A DNA stretch of 64,000 nt, taken from positions 1-64,000 of IMG/VR virus record IMGVR_UViG_3300020420_000012; one strand, written 5' to 3'. The first letter of the stretch is position 1; every line of letters begins with the position of its first letter. Below the pieces are notes generated by a model. It saw nothing but the letters and a program-made list of their open reading frames with translations, did no database searches and was not told where the DNA came from. Shown in pieces: positions 9,787 to 20,001 of this stretch. This DNA comes from a virus. The translations under genes were made by a program, and so were the position numbers.

Positions 9787-10192
9787 TTTCTTTTAAGATC
9801 AACGCTGCTGAATAAGCAGTTACTTCAAATATAGTTTTAGCTTTTCTTATTTTAGATTTAAGTTCTCTATTTTTAGATTTTTTGATTTCTTCAATCTCAA
9901 AAGCTTCGAGCTTTGCTGAAAACAGCGCATCAGCTTTCATTCTTTCAATTTGTTCTTTTTCTGCTTCTTTTTTCTTTTGTCTATTTAAATTATCTTTTTC
10001 TAATAATTCATTTGTGTATGAATCAATTTGTTCTATTGTAAAAGTTTCAAATATTTCTTTCCAGTCTGGATTACCATCATTTGTGTTTACGACAGAAGCA
10101 ATTTGTTCTTTTCCATCAGTGAATCTAAATTTACACATGACTTGTGTTTTTTGTTGATTTCCCCAATAGGGGTCTAATATTGTGCGTGACAT
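9779..10192 (-). CDS. Hypothetical protein (possible fibre-associated chaperone)
   Basis: 137-aa ORF in operon context; 'LF.AKLEAFEIEEIK.S.N..LKS.IRKAK' helix. Confidence 0.6.
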   Translation of the reverse strand: MSRTILDPYWGNQQKTQVMCKFRFTDGKEQIASVVNTNDGNPDWKEIFETFTIEQIDSYTNELLEKDNLNRQKKKEAEKEQIERMKADALFSAKLEAFEIEEIKKSKNRELKSKIRKAKTIFEVTAYSAALILKENE

Positions 10193-10208
10193 TATATAAC
10201 TCCAATAA

Positions 10209-11225
10209 TTAAGCGATTCTCACCCATAACCTAACTGTACTTATAGTTTCAGTAGTATTTTGAACTCTAAGACCTGCAAAAGTATCATTAAAAAAACCTG
10301 TGAAAGTATTATTAAATGAACCAGTAAAAGTTTTTGCTATTGTTCCAGCAAAAGAACCACCAACGTTTCCATTAAAGAATGCAGTGTATGTTGTATTAAA
10401 AAAACCTGTAAAAGTATTATTAAAAGTGCCAGTAAATGTATTTGAAAAACTTGGACCAGCAAAAGACGAAAGCGCAATCTCATATCGAGTATCATTAAGC
10501 GCTTGGCCAGCAACAACCCATGTGCCACCACTCGTTGGAGCGTTTGTTTGTAGTTTATATTGCCCTACGCCAGATTTGATCTGATTTCTTAGTCTTGTTG
10601 TATACTGTTTAATTTCTGTGTCAGTCATTTCTCTTAAAGATGAACTGGCGGCCACATACTTTAATGGCCTTACTGTTGCCGGTGTACTTGCAGGTGCTGA
10701 TTTTCTCCACAGTTTTGTAGTGTTAGAAGTATTTTGTAAACTATCTGTTATTGTGGCTTTTTCAACCCATGTTCCATCAGTCGGTGCAGAAGGCTGCAGC
10801 TTATACATTCCTACACCACTGTTTACTAGTTTTGTTTGAGTGTCTGCAATAAAGTCAACGTTAACTTTAGTGTCGTTCATTCTCTGGATATTATCTCCAG
10901 AGCTATCAAGTGCTAGTGGTCTTGTTGAATTTGATATGCTTTCAGATGCTGTACCTAAATTTTGATAAAAGTTAAATAAGGTTTGTTGAACGCTACTATC
11001 AGATGCTTCAGTACCAGGAGCGTTTGCTCTATTTGTATCAGTAAATGTTCCAATTAATGTTAATCCGCTAGTAATACCCGGATTTACCAATACTGATCCA
11101 ACATCTGAGTCCGATGAATTAAAATCTGTTAATAAAACATGAGCTAAATAGTCTTTATCAGCAGAATCATTCATCTCCTGAATTACAGAACCACTTGAAG
11201 TCTGTTTAAGAACGACATTAACCAT
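10209..11225 (-). CDS. Virion structural / short fibre protein with tetrapeptide aromatic repeat
   Basis: Internally duplicated 'RPL....(L/I).(E/R)M.D...G.Y.L....P...W' module; C-terminal F-x-x-x periodic tract. Confidence 0.6.
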   Translation of the reverse strand: MVNVVLKQTSSGSVIQEMNDSADKDYLAHVLLTDFNSSDSDVGSVLVNPGITSGLTLIGTFTDTNRANAPGTEASDSSVQQTLFNFYQNLGTASESISNSTRPLALDSSGDNIQRMNDTKVNVDFIADTQTKLVNSGVGMYKLQPSAPTDGTWVEKATITDSLQNTSNTTKLWRKSAPASTPATVRPLKYVAASSSLREMTDTEIKQYTTRLRNQIKSGVGQYKLQTNAPTSGGTWVVAGQALNDTRYEIALSSFAGPSFSNTFTGTFNNTFTGFFNTTYTAFFNGNVGGSFAGTIAKTFTGSFNNTFTGFFNDTFAGLRVQNTTETISTVRLWVRIA

Positions 11226-11228
11226 AAT

Positions 11229-11990
11229 TTAACTTCCTGGTGAACGAATAGTTTTTAATGTGTTACCTGCTACATCTTTTATCAATATAGTTACAGCACT
11301 TGCAAATTTTGCACTCGTAATTTGATTATCTGCTAACTTACCGTTTTCTATTGTTGTATTTGCAATTTTTGCATTTGTAACTGCTAAGTCATTAATTTTT
11401 GCGGTTTCTACAGCATCAGTTGCTAGCTTGCCGGCAGTAACTTGTAAATTAGCTATATGAGCAGTATCAATCGAAAGATCTGTATAGTGTTCAGAATTAA
11501 TTGCATCATCAGCTATTTTATCGCCGTTAACTGCATCGGCTGCTATTCTATCAGTCGTGACAGAGAGATTTTCAAGCATGCTACTATTTACTGTACCTGT
11601 TGGAATAAAGAATCTCTTTTCAGACGAATCAAAACCAATACCATTTGCACTATCTTTTTGAAACAATGAAGAAATGCTAGAGTTGTTTGCACTAATATTT
11701 GTGTTTATTAAGGCTTGTGTTTCTGCACTATCATATGAATTTGCACGAATCACTGAAGGTGCTCGAGCGCTATCAAGTAAGTTTAATCCAGCTACTAGAG
11801 ATAGTATGTTGTCTGAGTCTGTTTTAAGCACAAGTGAATTAACAGAATTTATAGCTTGCACTAAGTCAGAGTCAGCACTACCCGGTATGTTAGCCAAATT
11901 AGCAGGATCACCGACGTTAACTGATATTTGATTCGTTTGATTTACGAGCGTAGTTACTGGATCTGCTAATGCTATTATCGGTCTAACCAT
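11229..11990 (-). CDS. Fibre/whisker-like structural protein
   Basis: 'TNQIS..VGD.A.L...DLV.AIN' N-terminus; 10-aa 'AV...KI.D' repeats. Confidence 0.6.
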   Translation of the reverse strand: MVRPIIALADPVTTLVNQTNQISVNVGDPANLANIPGSADSDLVQAINSVNSLVLKTDSDNILSLVAGLNLLDSARAPSVIRANSYDSAETQALINTNISANNSSISSLFQKDSANGIGFDSSEKRFFIPTGTVNSSMLENLSVTTDRIAADAVNGDKIADDAINSEHYTDLSIDTAHIANLQVTAGKLATDAVETAKINDLAVTNAKIANTTIENGKLADNQITSAKFASAVTILIKDVAGNTLKTIRSPGS

Positions 11991-12198
11991 CTAATTTCTC
12001 CACTATAGTTTTAAGCATAGATTTAATATCACCAACTTCATTTTTTAAATCTTCAAGTTCTTTTTCTTTATCTAAACGCTTTTGTTTTCTTTCTCTTGCT
12101 GCCTGTATTTCATTCTTATTTATATTCAATATAATTCCTGTACCTTTTACTCTTGCATAACCAGAATGGCCTTTTATTTTTACTAGATTTTGTTTCAT
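11983..12198 (-). CDS. Small coiled-coil protein usually found after VrlC in T4-like phages
   Basis: 'VKIKGH..Y.R...G.I.N' followed by a coiled coil; overlaps its neighbours. Confidence 0.6.
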   Translation of the reverse strand: MKQNLVKIKGHSGYARVKGTGIILNINKNEIQAARERKQKRLDKEKELEDLKNEVGDIKSMLKTIVEKLDG

Positions 12199-13793
12199 TA
12201 AACAGCCAATGCGATTATTCTTAAGTCTCTAATCAAAGGTACTTTAGCTTGATTTGTACTTCTCATAGTAATTTTAATTTGATATTTTGTAAAAGCTGAA
12301 ATCAAGTTACCACCTTCACCTCCTATTAGATATGTATACTGTTTAAAAACTTCTCGAGATTGTGAACTTGGAATTACATTTTCAGCTGGAGCTAAAGTAA
12401 AATTTTTAGTTTTTATATCTTCATCAGACGTTGCTGTTCTAAAATATAATTGAAAATCAGCTTCACTAGGTCTACTTGCAGATAAAAGTATTTTTAATCC
12501 AACAGCATCTTCTTCTAATTCTACAACTCTTGTAAAGTGTCGAGCTGCAGAGGATCCACCTACTGCAGAATCTTCACTACCAAAAACAAGAGGTGTGTTA
12601 AAATTAGGTCTGCTTAAAGCCGAATCTTGAAAGTCAATAACGTTATCACACAATGTAGCAGACATTCTTTGAGTATCAATCATAGGCGAAACATTAGAAT
12701 CTATTGTTGACAAGTTGACTCTAAAATCAAGTGACTTTGTTGTTGTGTCACTGAATAAAATATTTTCATTACTATCCGACATCACAACAAATCTACTTTC
12801 TGCTATATTATTTTTATTTCTTTGTAATGCTTGAAAGTCACTTACTTTGTCTTGGACTATTTCAGCGCCTGCGTACGATGATGTTTTAACCGGTTTAAAA
12901 GCTGTTGCAACAAACGTATTTTTTGGTTGTAAGATTTGTGTGTGTGGATAAATTAAGTTATATGGAATGTGCGTCGTAGCGAAGCAACTATCTCCGCCTC
13001 CAACTGCATCAGCTGATGCCGCTGCGCCAGCTTCGAATGTATATCCAGTAAAATCAACAGCAGTTACGTCTCTACTTCCTTCTAAATTGGCCTTCGAAAT
13101 TCCACCTACACCTGCCGTAGGTATTCCTCTTATACTTACTTTACTACCTACTTGTAAGCCACTGCTTCTATGTGTTACTCTTACGGTAGCATCTCCGCTT
13201 GAAGTAATTATTGGATTTGTAAATAATCTTTTTTGAGCTAAAGAAGCGTTATGAAAAATTGCCGTGCCTCGTGTGTTGTTAAATTTAGCTTGATGTAATC
13301 GAAAAGTTAAATCTTGATTTTGAGACGGGGTAAACGTCGCTCCGTTTTGTGAGTAAAATAAACTTCCTAGAACAGGCTGTTTGTTTATTCTTTTTGAAGT
13401 AGCACCGAAGGTAAACTCGTCCATCTCTGCTATATAAATTAAATAATCAAGTGAGTCAGCAATTACTACAATGGCAAAGTCTTCTTTACCTTTTAAAAAT
13501 ATCGGTTCATCAAATCTAAATTCAGTAGGTGTCAGCTCTGGGCCTGTTGTATCAACATTAACACTTGAAGCAGATTTTGTTACAATACTGCCTGGTATTA
13601 TTTGTGAGGAAGAAGGATACCCATTTACCATAGGTCTTAGTTGCACTTGTACAGGTAATGCTGTTCCAGCTGTAGGTTTGGCTTGAAAATATAAATCAAT
13701 CTGAGTACAGTAAACACCGTTAATTTCTTCTATAAAGAATGATTGAGCAATCGGTTGTTTGTTTAATCGATAACCGGTTGAAGTTACTGGCAT
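12198..13793 (-). CDS. VrlC/DUF4815-like structural protein, C-terminal part as a separate gene
   Basis: Starts with 'PIAQSF....GVY...DLYF..K', has 'GSLF.SQN..T.T..Q..DL.F' and ends 'P.I.DLR.IALA'; own SD (AGGAG, 13803-13807). Confidence 0.7.
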   Translation of the reverse strand: MPVTSTGYRLNKQPIAQSFFIEEINGVYCTQIDLYFQAKPTAGTALPVQVQLRPMVNGYPSSSQIIPGSIVTKSASSVNVDTTGPELTPTEFRFDEPIFLKGKEDFAIVVIADSLDYLIYIAEMDEFTFGATSKRINKQPVLGSLFYSQNGATFTPSQNQDLTFRLHQAKFNNTRGTAIFHNASLAQKRLFTNPIITSSGDATVRVTHRSSGLQVGSKVSIRGIPTAGVGGISKANLEGSRDVTAVDFTGYTFEAGAAASADAVGGGDSCFATTHIPYNLIYPHTQILQPKNTFVATAFKPVKTSSYAGAEIVQDKVSDFQALQRNKNNIAESRFVVMSDSNENILFSDTTTKSLDFRVNLSTIDSNVSPMIDTQRMSATLCDNVIDFQDSALSRPNFNTPLVFGSEDSAVGGSSAARHFTRVVELEEDAVGLKILLSASRPSEADFQLYFRTATSDEDIKTKNFTLAPAENVIPSSQSREVFKQYTYLIGGEGGNLISAFTKYQIKITMRSTNQAKVPLIRDLRIIALAV

Positions 13794-13831
13794 CTTATAA
13801 TTCTCCTATATTAATTATTTTTTTCATAATT

Positions 13832-16800
13832 CTACCAATTTCCATGATCACTAGCATCACCAGCACCCGGACCAGAAGCATCGGCCTCAACGTCTCCAGA
13901 GAAATCATTGCTTGGATTTGAACCTGATTGATCTGCACCATCAGCTTCAACATCTCCGGAATAATCATTGTTATCTCCACCCCACTCATTTCCTGGAGGA
14001 TCACCAGATGTGTCGTTTGCGTTGTCTGCATCTATTTCAGTCCCCGGACCATGTGTGCCATCGCCTTCATCACCACCACCGCCGCCTTGGCTGTTATTGT
14101 TAATGTAGTAACCTTGAATTCCAAGAACTCGAGTTGATGTATATGTTGCTTCTTTTGTATCTAAGTAACCTGTAGCGGTATATGCTGCTGCGGCATGGCT
14201 ACCAGCGTCATCTTCATTATCTACATTTATATCCATTATTTTAAACTTTACTGAACCCGTACGTACTCTTTTGTCATCGTTATTAGGAACAATAAATGAA
14301 CCTACGACTTCGCCGTTTCCATCAGTTACAAGATTGTCTACTGATCCACCAGATGGATGTGTATACACGTCTTTTAAAGTATTTCCTGGATCTGTGTTTA
14401 TGGTTGAATAGTTAGTAAAACCTCCGGTTTCTTCTCTTACTAGATCGCCTAAATTAAATCCATCAATAAATGCAAAATGTTTTGTGTTTGGTCTTAATCC
14501 TGTGGCTTTGAAAAATATTTGTCTCGCTCTACAAAAAGGTATGAACGCTGTCTGAATTACTCTATCTTCTATTAAATCAAGAACAATTTGATCTGATACA
14601 ACTCTATTAACCATATTACTAATTTGTTGAGTTTGATTATTTACCGCTAATTCTTCAGTAGAAATACCACCCCAACTCCATGACCAGTTATTCCAGTTAA
14701 AAGCATTTTGTGTGTTAAGTACTGTTCCGCCAGGTATAGATATGTCTGGCAATCTTTCAACGTCTCTCCATTCATCTGAAGCCGGCGATAAAATAATTGT
14801 GCCTTCATATATTGTAATGTTGAATGGATTTATTCTTATTGCTTTAGTAGCGTCTTTTTGATTAATATATAAATCTTCAGTAAAAGACATGTATATGTTA
14901 TCACCTCTTCTTACAGTGCCTAAAGCCAATGAAGCAGCTGAATCAAAGAATAATTTAACGTTATTTTCTTCAAACGCTGGTCTTAATATATGTCCAATAG
15001 GATCAATAGATGCTCTGTATTCTTTATGAGTAATATCTGATCCTTTATGATTATTAAAATTATCTACAAAAAAACCTGATTTAGTTCTATCATTACCAGC
15101 GGAGTCGAGTACTTCAAGATGTTTTGTATCTAACTCAAGTAAATTTAGCGATGTTATTTCTTCAAGTCTATCAATCCTTTTTTCTATGTTTGTAATGTCT
15201 TTCATTGTATGACGCTTATGTCTTATAGCTCTTACTTCAACGTCAGAGTCATCATCTGTGTTTGGATTTAATTTAATGTCATATAATCCAAGTGTATTTT
15301 CTGGTTTTTCAGGAAATCCTGGATTAAAACCAGCAGTTCCATTAAAAAATCTTACTATTCCATCTCTATCAATAACTAACTTTCCAGTTTTTGCTAAGTA
15401 ATATTCATTTGTTGATAAAGCTAAAGTTCCAGGTTGAGGAAGCTCGTTAACAATTGCTCCTTTAGAAGTATCTGAAAATTGACCAGCAGAATCCATCACT
15501 GATCTAAAATCTAAAAAGTTTCTTAAGAAAATTCTTTTACCACTTGATAATCTAAATGTTGGAATCTTATCGTAATCAATTTGACCATCGTATGAATTAA
15601 CACCAAAAAAGTCACCACCTTGGTGCGTAAAATGCTTGAATGTCACTGTTACATTACCTGTTGGAGCAGTTCTACCTGCTCTTAAAATAAGTCTTCCTAG
15701 TGCATAATGATTGTCTCTTTGACCATCATCGACAAAAAAGTCATCAGCAAATGAAAGACTACTATCAGTTGATTTTACAATTTCATCAACACTAAATATG
15801 TCAGCCTTTGCAAGATTTATTTGTTTGTTAACAACTGTGTATTGCTTAGTAGTGGTTGTTAAAACTTTTTGTCTTTGAGTTGGATTAGATTTATTAACGT
15901 ATGCAAAAACTTGTACCGCTTGACTTGGTGGTAAACCTGTAATTGTTGCACCGGTTCCACCTCCTGTTATGCTAGTACTAGCATCGCCGGTTAAAGTACT
16001 TGGTTGAAATATATCACTATCAGTACCAATTATCCAGTCACCTTCATTTGTAAATACTTCGTTACTTGCTAAACCACTTAATGAAAAAGAACCGGCACCA
16101 TCGGTAGTACCAGTAAACCTTCTTTGTACGGCAAAAGATACAGGTGTTATATTCTTTGGTCTAGGATGAGATACACCAAACAGTGATTTATTTATTGTTG
16201 GTTCTTTTATTGCAGCCTTCGAGTTTTGAAGTACTGGCTCGAAATATTGAGTTCCACTAGTTCCTATACTTTTGACTTGACGAAACGATTTGCCTGAATT
16301 CATCTGTATATCAAATAAATAAAATCTTAAATTATTGCCATCTTCATTTATTGACTTAACACGCGCAGTACCTATTGTTGATCCACCGTAATCTACAGCA
16401 TCTCTTAAATTAAGTTGTTCAAAAATTGCAATGTTAGGTAATTTTTTATTTGAGGTGTCTACACTTGGATTAACAATAACATAATTACCAAACTCTATTT
16501 GCGTAGCTTCGTTTGTAAACGTTAACGTTTCTGTTGGTTTAGCAATTCTTAATGTAGTAGGAAAATCTCTTGCTGCTCTAAATCCTTCGACTACCGCAAC
16601 CCCAGGGCTTACATTCAATAATAAATGAGTATTTTGAGAATCTTTTTCAAAATTTACGAAAAAAGGTTTTACAAAATAATCACCAGAATTTTCTTTAATT
16701 CTTTGTGCGATTACTTTATTAGGTACATTATATGAGTTAGTATCATTTACTGCATTGTAAATTACACCTTTTTTAACAGTTGCGACATGGACAAAATTTT

Positions 16801-17587
16801 CATCAGAATTTACATCACTTCTTTCTGCAAATGTTAAAGTTATTCTATATCTATCTGCTCCAGGTGCAGTTAAGTTTGGATTTGCGCCTTGGTTATCAAA
16901 TAAACTAACGTCGTCTGCTGAAGTTACGACTTGTTCTAAAGTTTTAAATCCAATTTCTGTGTTAGCGTCATCAGAATATTGAGATATTATTTTTGATAAA
17001 TCTTGAGTGAAAACAAAGTGCCCCGCAACGTAGTATATACCTGAAAGAATAGTCGCTTGTATTCCAGCTCCAACAGCAGGATCATCTACAGTATTAGTAC
17101 CTTGAACATCCATTGTTGTGGAGCCACCACCAACAGTAAGAGTTTCACCAGCTGTAAATCTTTTAGTAGTACTTCCACCGCTAGTGCCAGTGTTTATGTA
17201 TTGCACATAAAGAGTATCTATAGAAAGATTGCTTTGCGATGCCGGCAAAACTTCAATTATTTTTGCTACTATCGAAGATGTACCACCTTGAATGTTTTGA
17301 TTAACTATTGTGCTAGTATCAATACCTGATAGAGCTCCTCCAGCTAATTTAACAAACTCATACCTACTGTTTAAGTTTACACCACCAGGTTTGACAACGC
17401 CACCTTCTTTAAATACATTATTACCAAATCTTGTAATTTGTTCTTGTAATATAGTTTGTAATTGATTTAGTTCTCTAGCTTGTAATGCTTTTCCGGAGTT
17501 AAACAGTATTTTATGAAATCCTGCACTATCCGAAAAATCATCTTTATAAGTTGTACTAAAAGTTTGATTTGTTAATGTACTTACCAT
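13832..17587 (-). CDS. VrlC/DUF4815-like large baseplate/tail structural protein, N-terminal part
   Basis: 'Y.DDF....FHKILF..G.ALQARELNQLQTILQ.QI..FG..VFKEG', 'APGADRY.I.L', 'R.KSGFFVDNF'. Confidence 0.8.
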   Translation of the reverse strand: MVSTLTNQTFSTTYKDDFSDSAGFHKILFNSGKALQARELNQLQTILQEQITRFGNNVFKEGGVVKPGGVNLNSRYEFVKLAGGALSGIDTSTIVNQNIQGGTSSIVAKIIEVLPASQSNLSIDTLYVQYINTGTSGGSTTKRFTAGETLTVGGGSTTMDVQGTNTVDDPAVGAGIQATILSGIYYVAGHFVFTQDLSKIISQYSDDANTEIGFKTLEQVVTSADDVSLFDNQGANPNLTAPGADRYRITLTFAERSDVNSDENFVHVATVKKGVIYNAVNDTNSYNVPNKVIAQRIKENSGDYFVKPFFVNFEKDSQNTHLLLNVSPGVAVVEGFRAARDFPTTLRIAKPTETLTFTNEATQIEFGNYVIVNPSVDTSNKKLPNIAIFEQLNLRDAVDYGGSTIGTARVKSINEDGNNLRFYLFDIQMNSGKSFRQVKSIGTSGTQYFEPVLQNSKAAIKEPTINKSLFGVSHPRPKNITPVSFAVQRRFTGTTDGAGSFSLSGLASNEVFTNEGDWIIGTDSDIFQPSTLTGDASTSITGGGTGATITGLPPSQAVQVFAYVNKSNPTQRQKVLTTTTKQYTVVNKQINLAKADIFSVDEIVKSTDSSLSFADDFFVDDGQRDNHYALGRLILRAGRTAPTGNVTVTFKHFTHQGGDFFGVNSYDGQIDYDKIPTFRLSSGKRIFLRNFLDFRSVMDSAGQFSDTSKGAIVNELPQPGTLALSTNEYYLAKTGKLVIDRDGIVRFFNGTAGFNPGFPEKPENTLGLYDIKLNPNTDDDSDVEVRAIRHKRHTMKDITNIEKRIDRLEEITSLNLLELDTKHLEVLDSAGNDRTKSGFFVDNFNNHKGSDITHKEYRASIDPIGHILRPAFEENNVKLFFDSAASLALGTVRRGDNIYMSFTEDLYINQKDATKAIRINPFNITIYEGTIILSPASDEWRDVERLPDISIPGGTVLNTQNAFNWNNWSWSWGGISTEELAVNNQTQQISNMVNRVVSDQIVLDLIEDRVIQTAFIPFCRARQIFFKATGLRPNTKHFAFIDGFNLGDLVREETGGFTNYSTINTDPGNTLKDVYTHPSGGSVDNLVTDGNGEVVGSFIVPNNDDKRVRTGSVKFKIMDINVDNEDDAGSHAAAAYTATGYLDTKEATYTSTRVLGIQGYYINNNSQGGGGGDEGDGTHGPGTEIDADNANDTSGDPPGNEWGGDNNDYSGDVEADGADQSGSNPSNDFSGDVEADASGPGAGDASDHGNW

Positions 17588-17595
17588 TTTAATTC

Positions 17596-19008
17596 CTAAA
17601 GTGTTATTACGACCTTGATGTCTTCAGTTTGATCAGTGCTCCTAGTAACCGGTGCTCTATTTTCTATGTATAGTAGTTCTCCGGATAATAGTTTTATGTC
17701 ATCTGCTGAATCACCTTTAGTATTTGCGTCAAGACCGGCTGCAACTGTAGTTGCACTGTTACCACCACCTTGTATCGTTTCATTTTCTGCAAATGTATGA
17801 AATCCTGTTGTTTCTGTCTGATGGAAAAATATTTTATCACCTACGACTTCATCAACTAAACCTTTTGCTCCAGAAGTTTGTCCTGTTATGGTTGTATCTG
17901 CAGTAAAATTTGCTGCATCAACAGCACTTGTAACTAATAAAAATCTTATTGCTCTTCCGGATGCAACGTCTAATGCGGAGTCTGCACCAGCAATTCCTTT
18001 AAAAACTCTTGGATTTCTAAACAATCCTACTTGTCTAAAATCGTTTCCTACAATAAAATCATTATTCTCATTTCCACTTGGTTTAGTATTAAACATTAAT
18101 GATGTTGAAAGTAAATCTGTTCTTGCATCTGCACCGATACCACTATCTGGACCTATGATAACTCTTGCAGTTGCTTGTACTCCACCTGCACTATCAGGAG
18201 CTGGTATAAGCACACTTGCAAAGTCAAAACCTCTGCCCATTTGCATGGCACTATCTGCACTTGAATCAAGTTCAATTTTTGTGATAGATCCACCATTTAC
18301 TGTCGCAGTAATTGCAGGAGTACTATCGCCATCTCCTTGAATGACAACAGCAGGTGGAGAAGCATCGACGTATCCTGAACCGCTGTTTGTCATCACTACA
18401 CCTAAAATTTGCCCGGGCACTGCCGCGTCTTGAACGTTTTTTTGTAAAACTTCAAGTGGTTCTAGTGTTCTGTTTAAAGTAGCAGAATCAAGTTGAAGTT
18501 GAGTAGGTAAAAAATTTGCAGATAAAAATTTATTTGCATTTGCCGCACCCATTGAATATATGTACTTCCAAACGTAACCATCTGAAAGTTTAAATGCTTT
18601 TGTTCCAGTGCCACTTGGTTTTACAGTTGATACTTGTATTGCACCACTTGCATCTTTTGAAGGTTTAAGACAAACATAAACTTGATTATCTTCAGTTAAA
18701 ACATAATAGCTATTAGTGGAAGGTTGAGTTGCAAAAGTATCATCAAATCCTTGGTATTTATTTCCTGACGTCCAATTGTGTCTTGGAATAACGTAGCTGC
18801 AAGTCTGTGCTGATTTCATCGACTGAAGAGCTGCTCTTAAGTTTCTATCTTCTCTTCTACTATCAAGAGGAGTCGTGACATTTTCTGCAGAATCATAAGG
18901 CTCTGACTTTCCTATACCAATATAATATCTTGACGAATCAAGTCTTACTTCATCAAATATCAGTTGAGCAAATTTTCTTTTTAATTTTTTAGTTATTATT
19001 GCTGGCAT
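17596..19008 (-). CDS. gp8: Baseplate wedge subunit gp8
   Basis: 'YYIGIG', 'VIPR.NW.SG..Y', 'YYV.T....VY.CL', 'DGY.WKY.Y', 'DFRQVGL..NP', 'SGE.LYIENR....R..DQ.EDIK.V'. Confidence 0.85.
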   Translation of the reverse strand: MPAIITKKLKRKFAQLIFDEVRLDSSRYYIGIGKSEPYDSAENVTTPLDSRREDRNLRAALQSMKSAQTCSYVIPRHNWTSGNKYQGFDDTFATQPSTNSYYVLTEDNQVYVCLKPSKDASGAIQVSTVKPSGTGTKAFKLSDGYVWKYIYSMGAANANKFLSANFLPTQLQLDSATLNRTLEPLEVLQKNVQDAAVPGQILGVVMTNSGSGYVDASPPAVVIQGDGDSTPAITATVNGGSITKIELDSSADSAMQMGRGFDFASVLIPAPDSAGGVQATARVIIGPDSGIGADARTDLLSTSLMFNTKPSGNENNDFIVGNDFRQVGLFRNPRVFKGIAGADSALDVASGRAIRFLLVTSAVDAANFTADTTITGQTSGAKGLVDEVVGDKIFFHQTETTGFHTFAENETIQGGGNSATTVAAGLDANTKGDSADDIKLLSGELLYIENRAPVTRSTDQTEDIKVVITL

Positions 19009-19021
19009 GTTAAATCCTTAT

Positions 19022-19972
19022 CTATGCTACCGTTACTTCACCTTGGTTTCCTACCAAAAACCATTTTGCTCCATCCCATACGCAAGTACATCCATCGTTT
19101 GCTGCTAGAGTAAATTTACTTCCTTGAGCAAAACTAACTGGCGTAATCTCCATTGCTTCTGAACCTTTGTTTGTAAAAATTTTATATTCACCAACGGTGG
19201 TTCCATTAGCAAGACTAAGAGTTAATGTACCACCAGAATTTTTATTACCTATGACTAACGTGCCACTTACTATTGAAGTGGCGTTAGTATCGACAGTTAC
19301 AGAGCTAAAAGCTGCTTTGCTTAAATTGACTGAACCTGTACCTTTTGCACTAAGATCTAAATTAGCATCAGTGGCACCACCTGTAGTAGTTATTGAAGGA
19401 GCATTTGATCCTGCAGCATTCGCTATAGTAATTTCATTCTGTGCACTAGTAGTTGCGGTTAGTTTAATTATTTCTGCACCATTTGCATCATTAATTAAAG
19501 TTCCAATTCTTGGTGAATTTATGATAGGTGATGTTAATGTCTTATTTGTTAATGTATCTGTTGAAGTTCTAGCTACTAAAGTATCAGCGCCAGAAGGTAT
19601 CGTAACTGTACCACCATTTGTAATAGATGCTATTGTTGGTGTAGTTAAAGTTTTATTTGTCAGTGTATCTGTTGTTGCCTTACCAACTAGTGTATCTGTT
19701 GCATCAGGTAAATTGATTATGTTATCTTGACTAGGATCAGTGGCAATTAACTTTGTTTGTGTATCATCACCAGAAGTAGCACCTTGAAACATTACAACTC
19801 CAGTGCCACCAGAATCAGTAAGCTTTATCTTTTGGCTTAAGTTGCTACCGTCTGCACCCAACTGATTATATAATTCAGTAAAGTTTGAATTAATTTTAGT
19901 AGCTGCATTACGTAAGGTATCTCCGGTACCGTCGTTTGCTGATGAGCCTGTACTTATTGTTGCTTTTGCCAT
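19022..19972 (-). CDS. gp9: gp9/gp10-like baseplate tail-fibre connector
   Basis: N-terminal 'I.TG..ANDGTGD.LR.A..KIN.NF.ELY'; two TDTLTNKTLT repeats. Confidence 0.7.
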   Translation of the reverse strand: MAKATISTGSSANDGTGDTLRNAATKINSNFTELYNQLGADGSNLSQKIKLTDSGGTGVVMFQGATSGDDTQTKLIATDPSQDNIINLPDATDTLVGKATTDTLTNKTLTTPTIASITNGGTVTIPSGADTLVARTSTDTLTNKTLTSPIINSPRIGTLINDANGAEIIKLTATTSAQNEITIANAAGSNAPSITTTGGATDANLDLSAKGTGSVNLSKAAFSSVTVDTNATSIVSGTLVIGNKNSGGTLTLSLANGTTVGEYKIFTNKGSEAMEITPVSFAQGSKFTLAANDGCTCVWDGAKWFLVGNQGEVTVA

Positions 19973-19993
19973 TCTAAATCCTTATGATAGTTC

Positions 19994-20001
19994 TATTTAT
20001 A
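19994..20001 (-). promoter_or_regulatory. T4-type late promoter TATAAATA
   Basis: Exact match 22 nt upstream of the gp9-like start. Confidence 0.7.

Noticed and set aside
13795-14031. Alternative-frame ORF as a frameshift bridge joining the two VrlC parts
   Set aside because: It stops at 13795 in a different frame from the downstream gene, which has its own SD and ATG.
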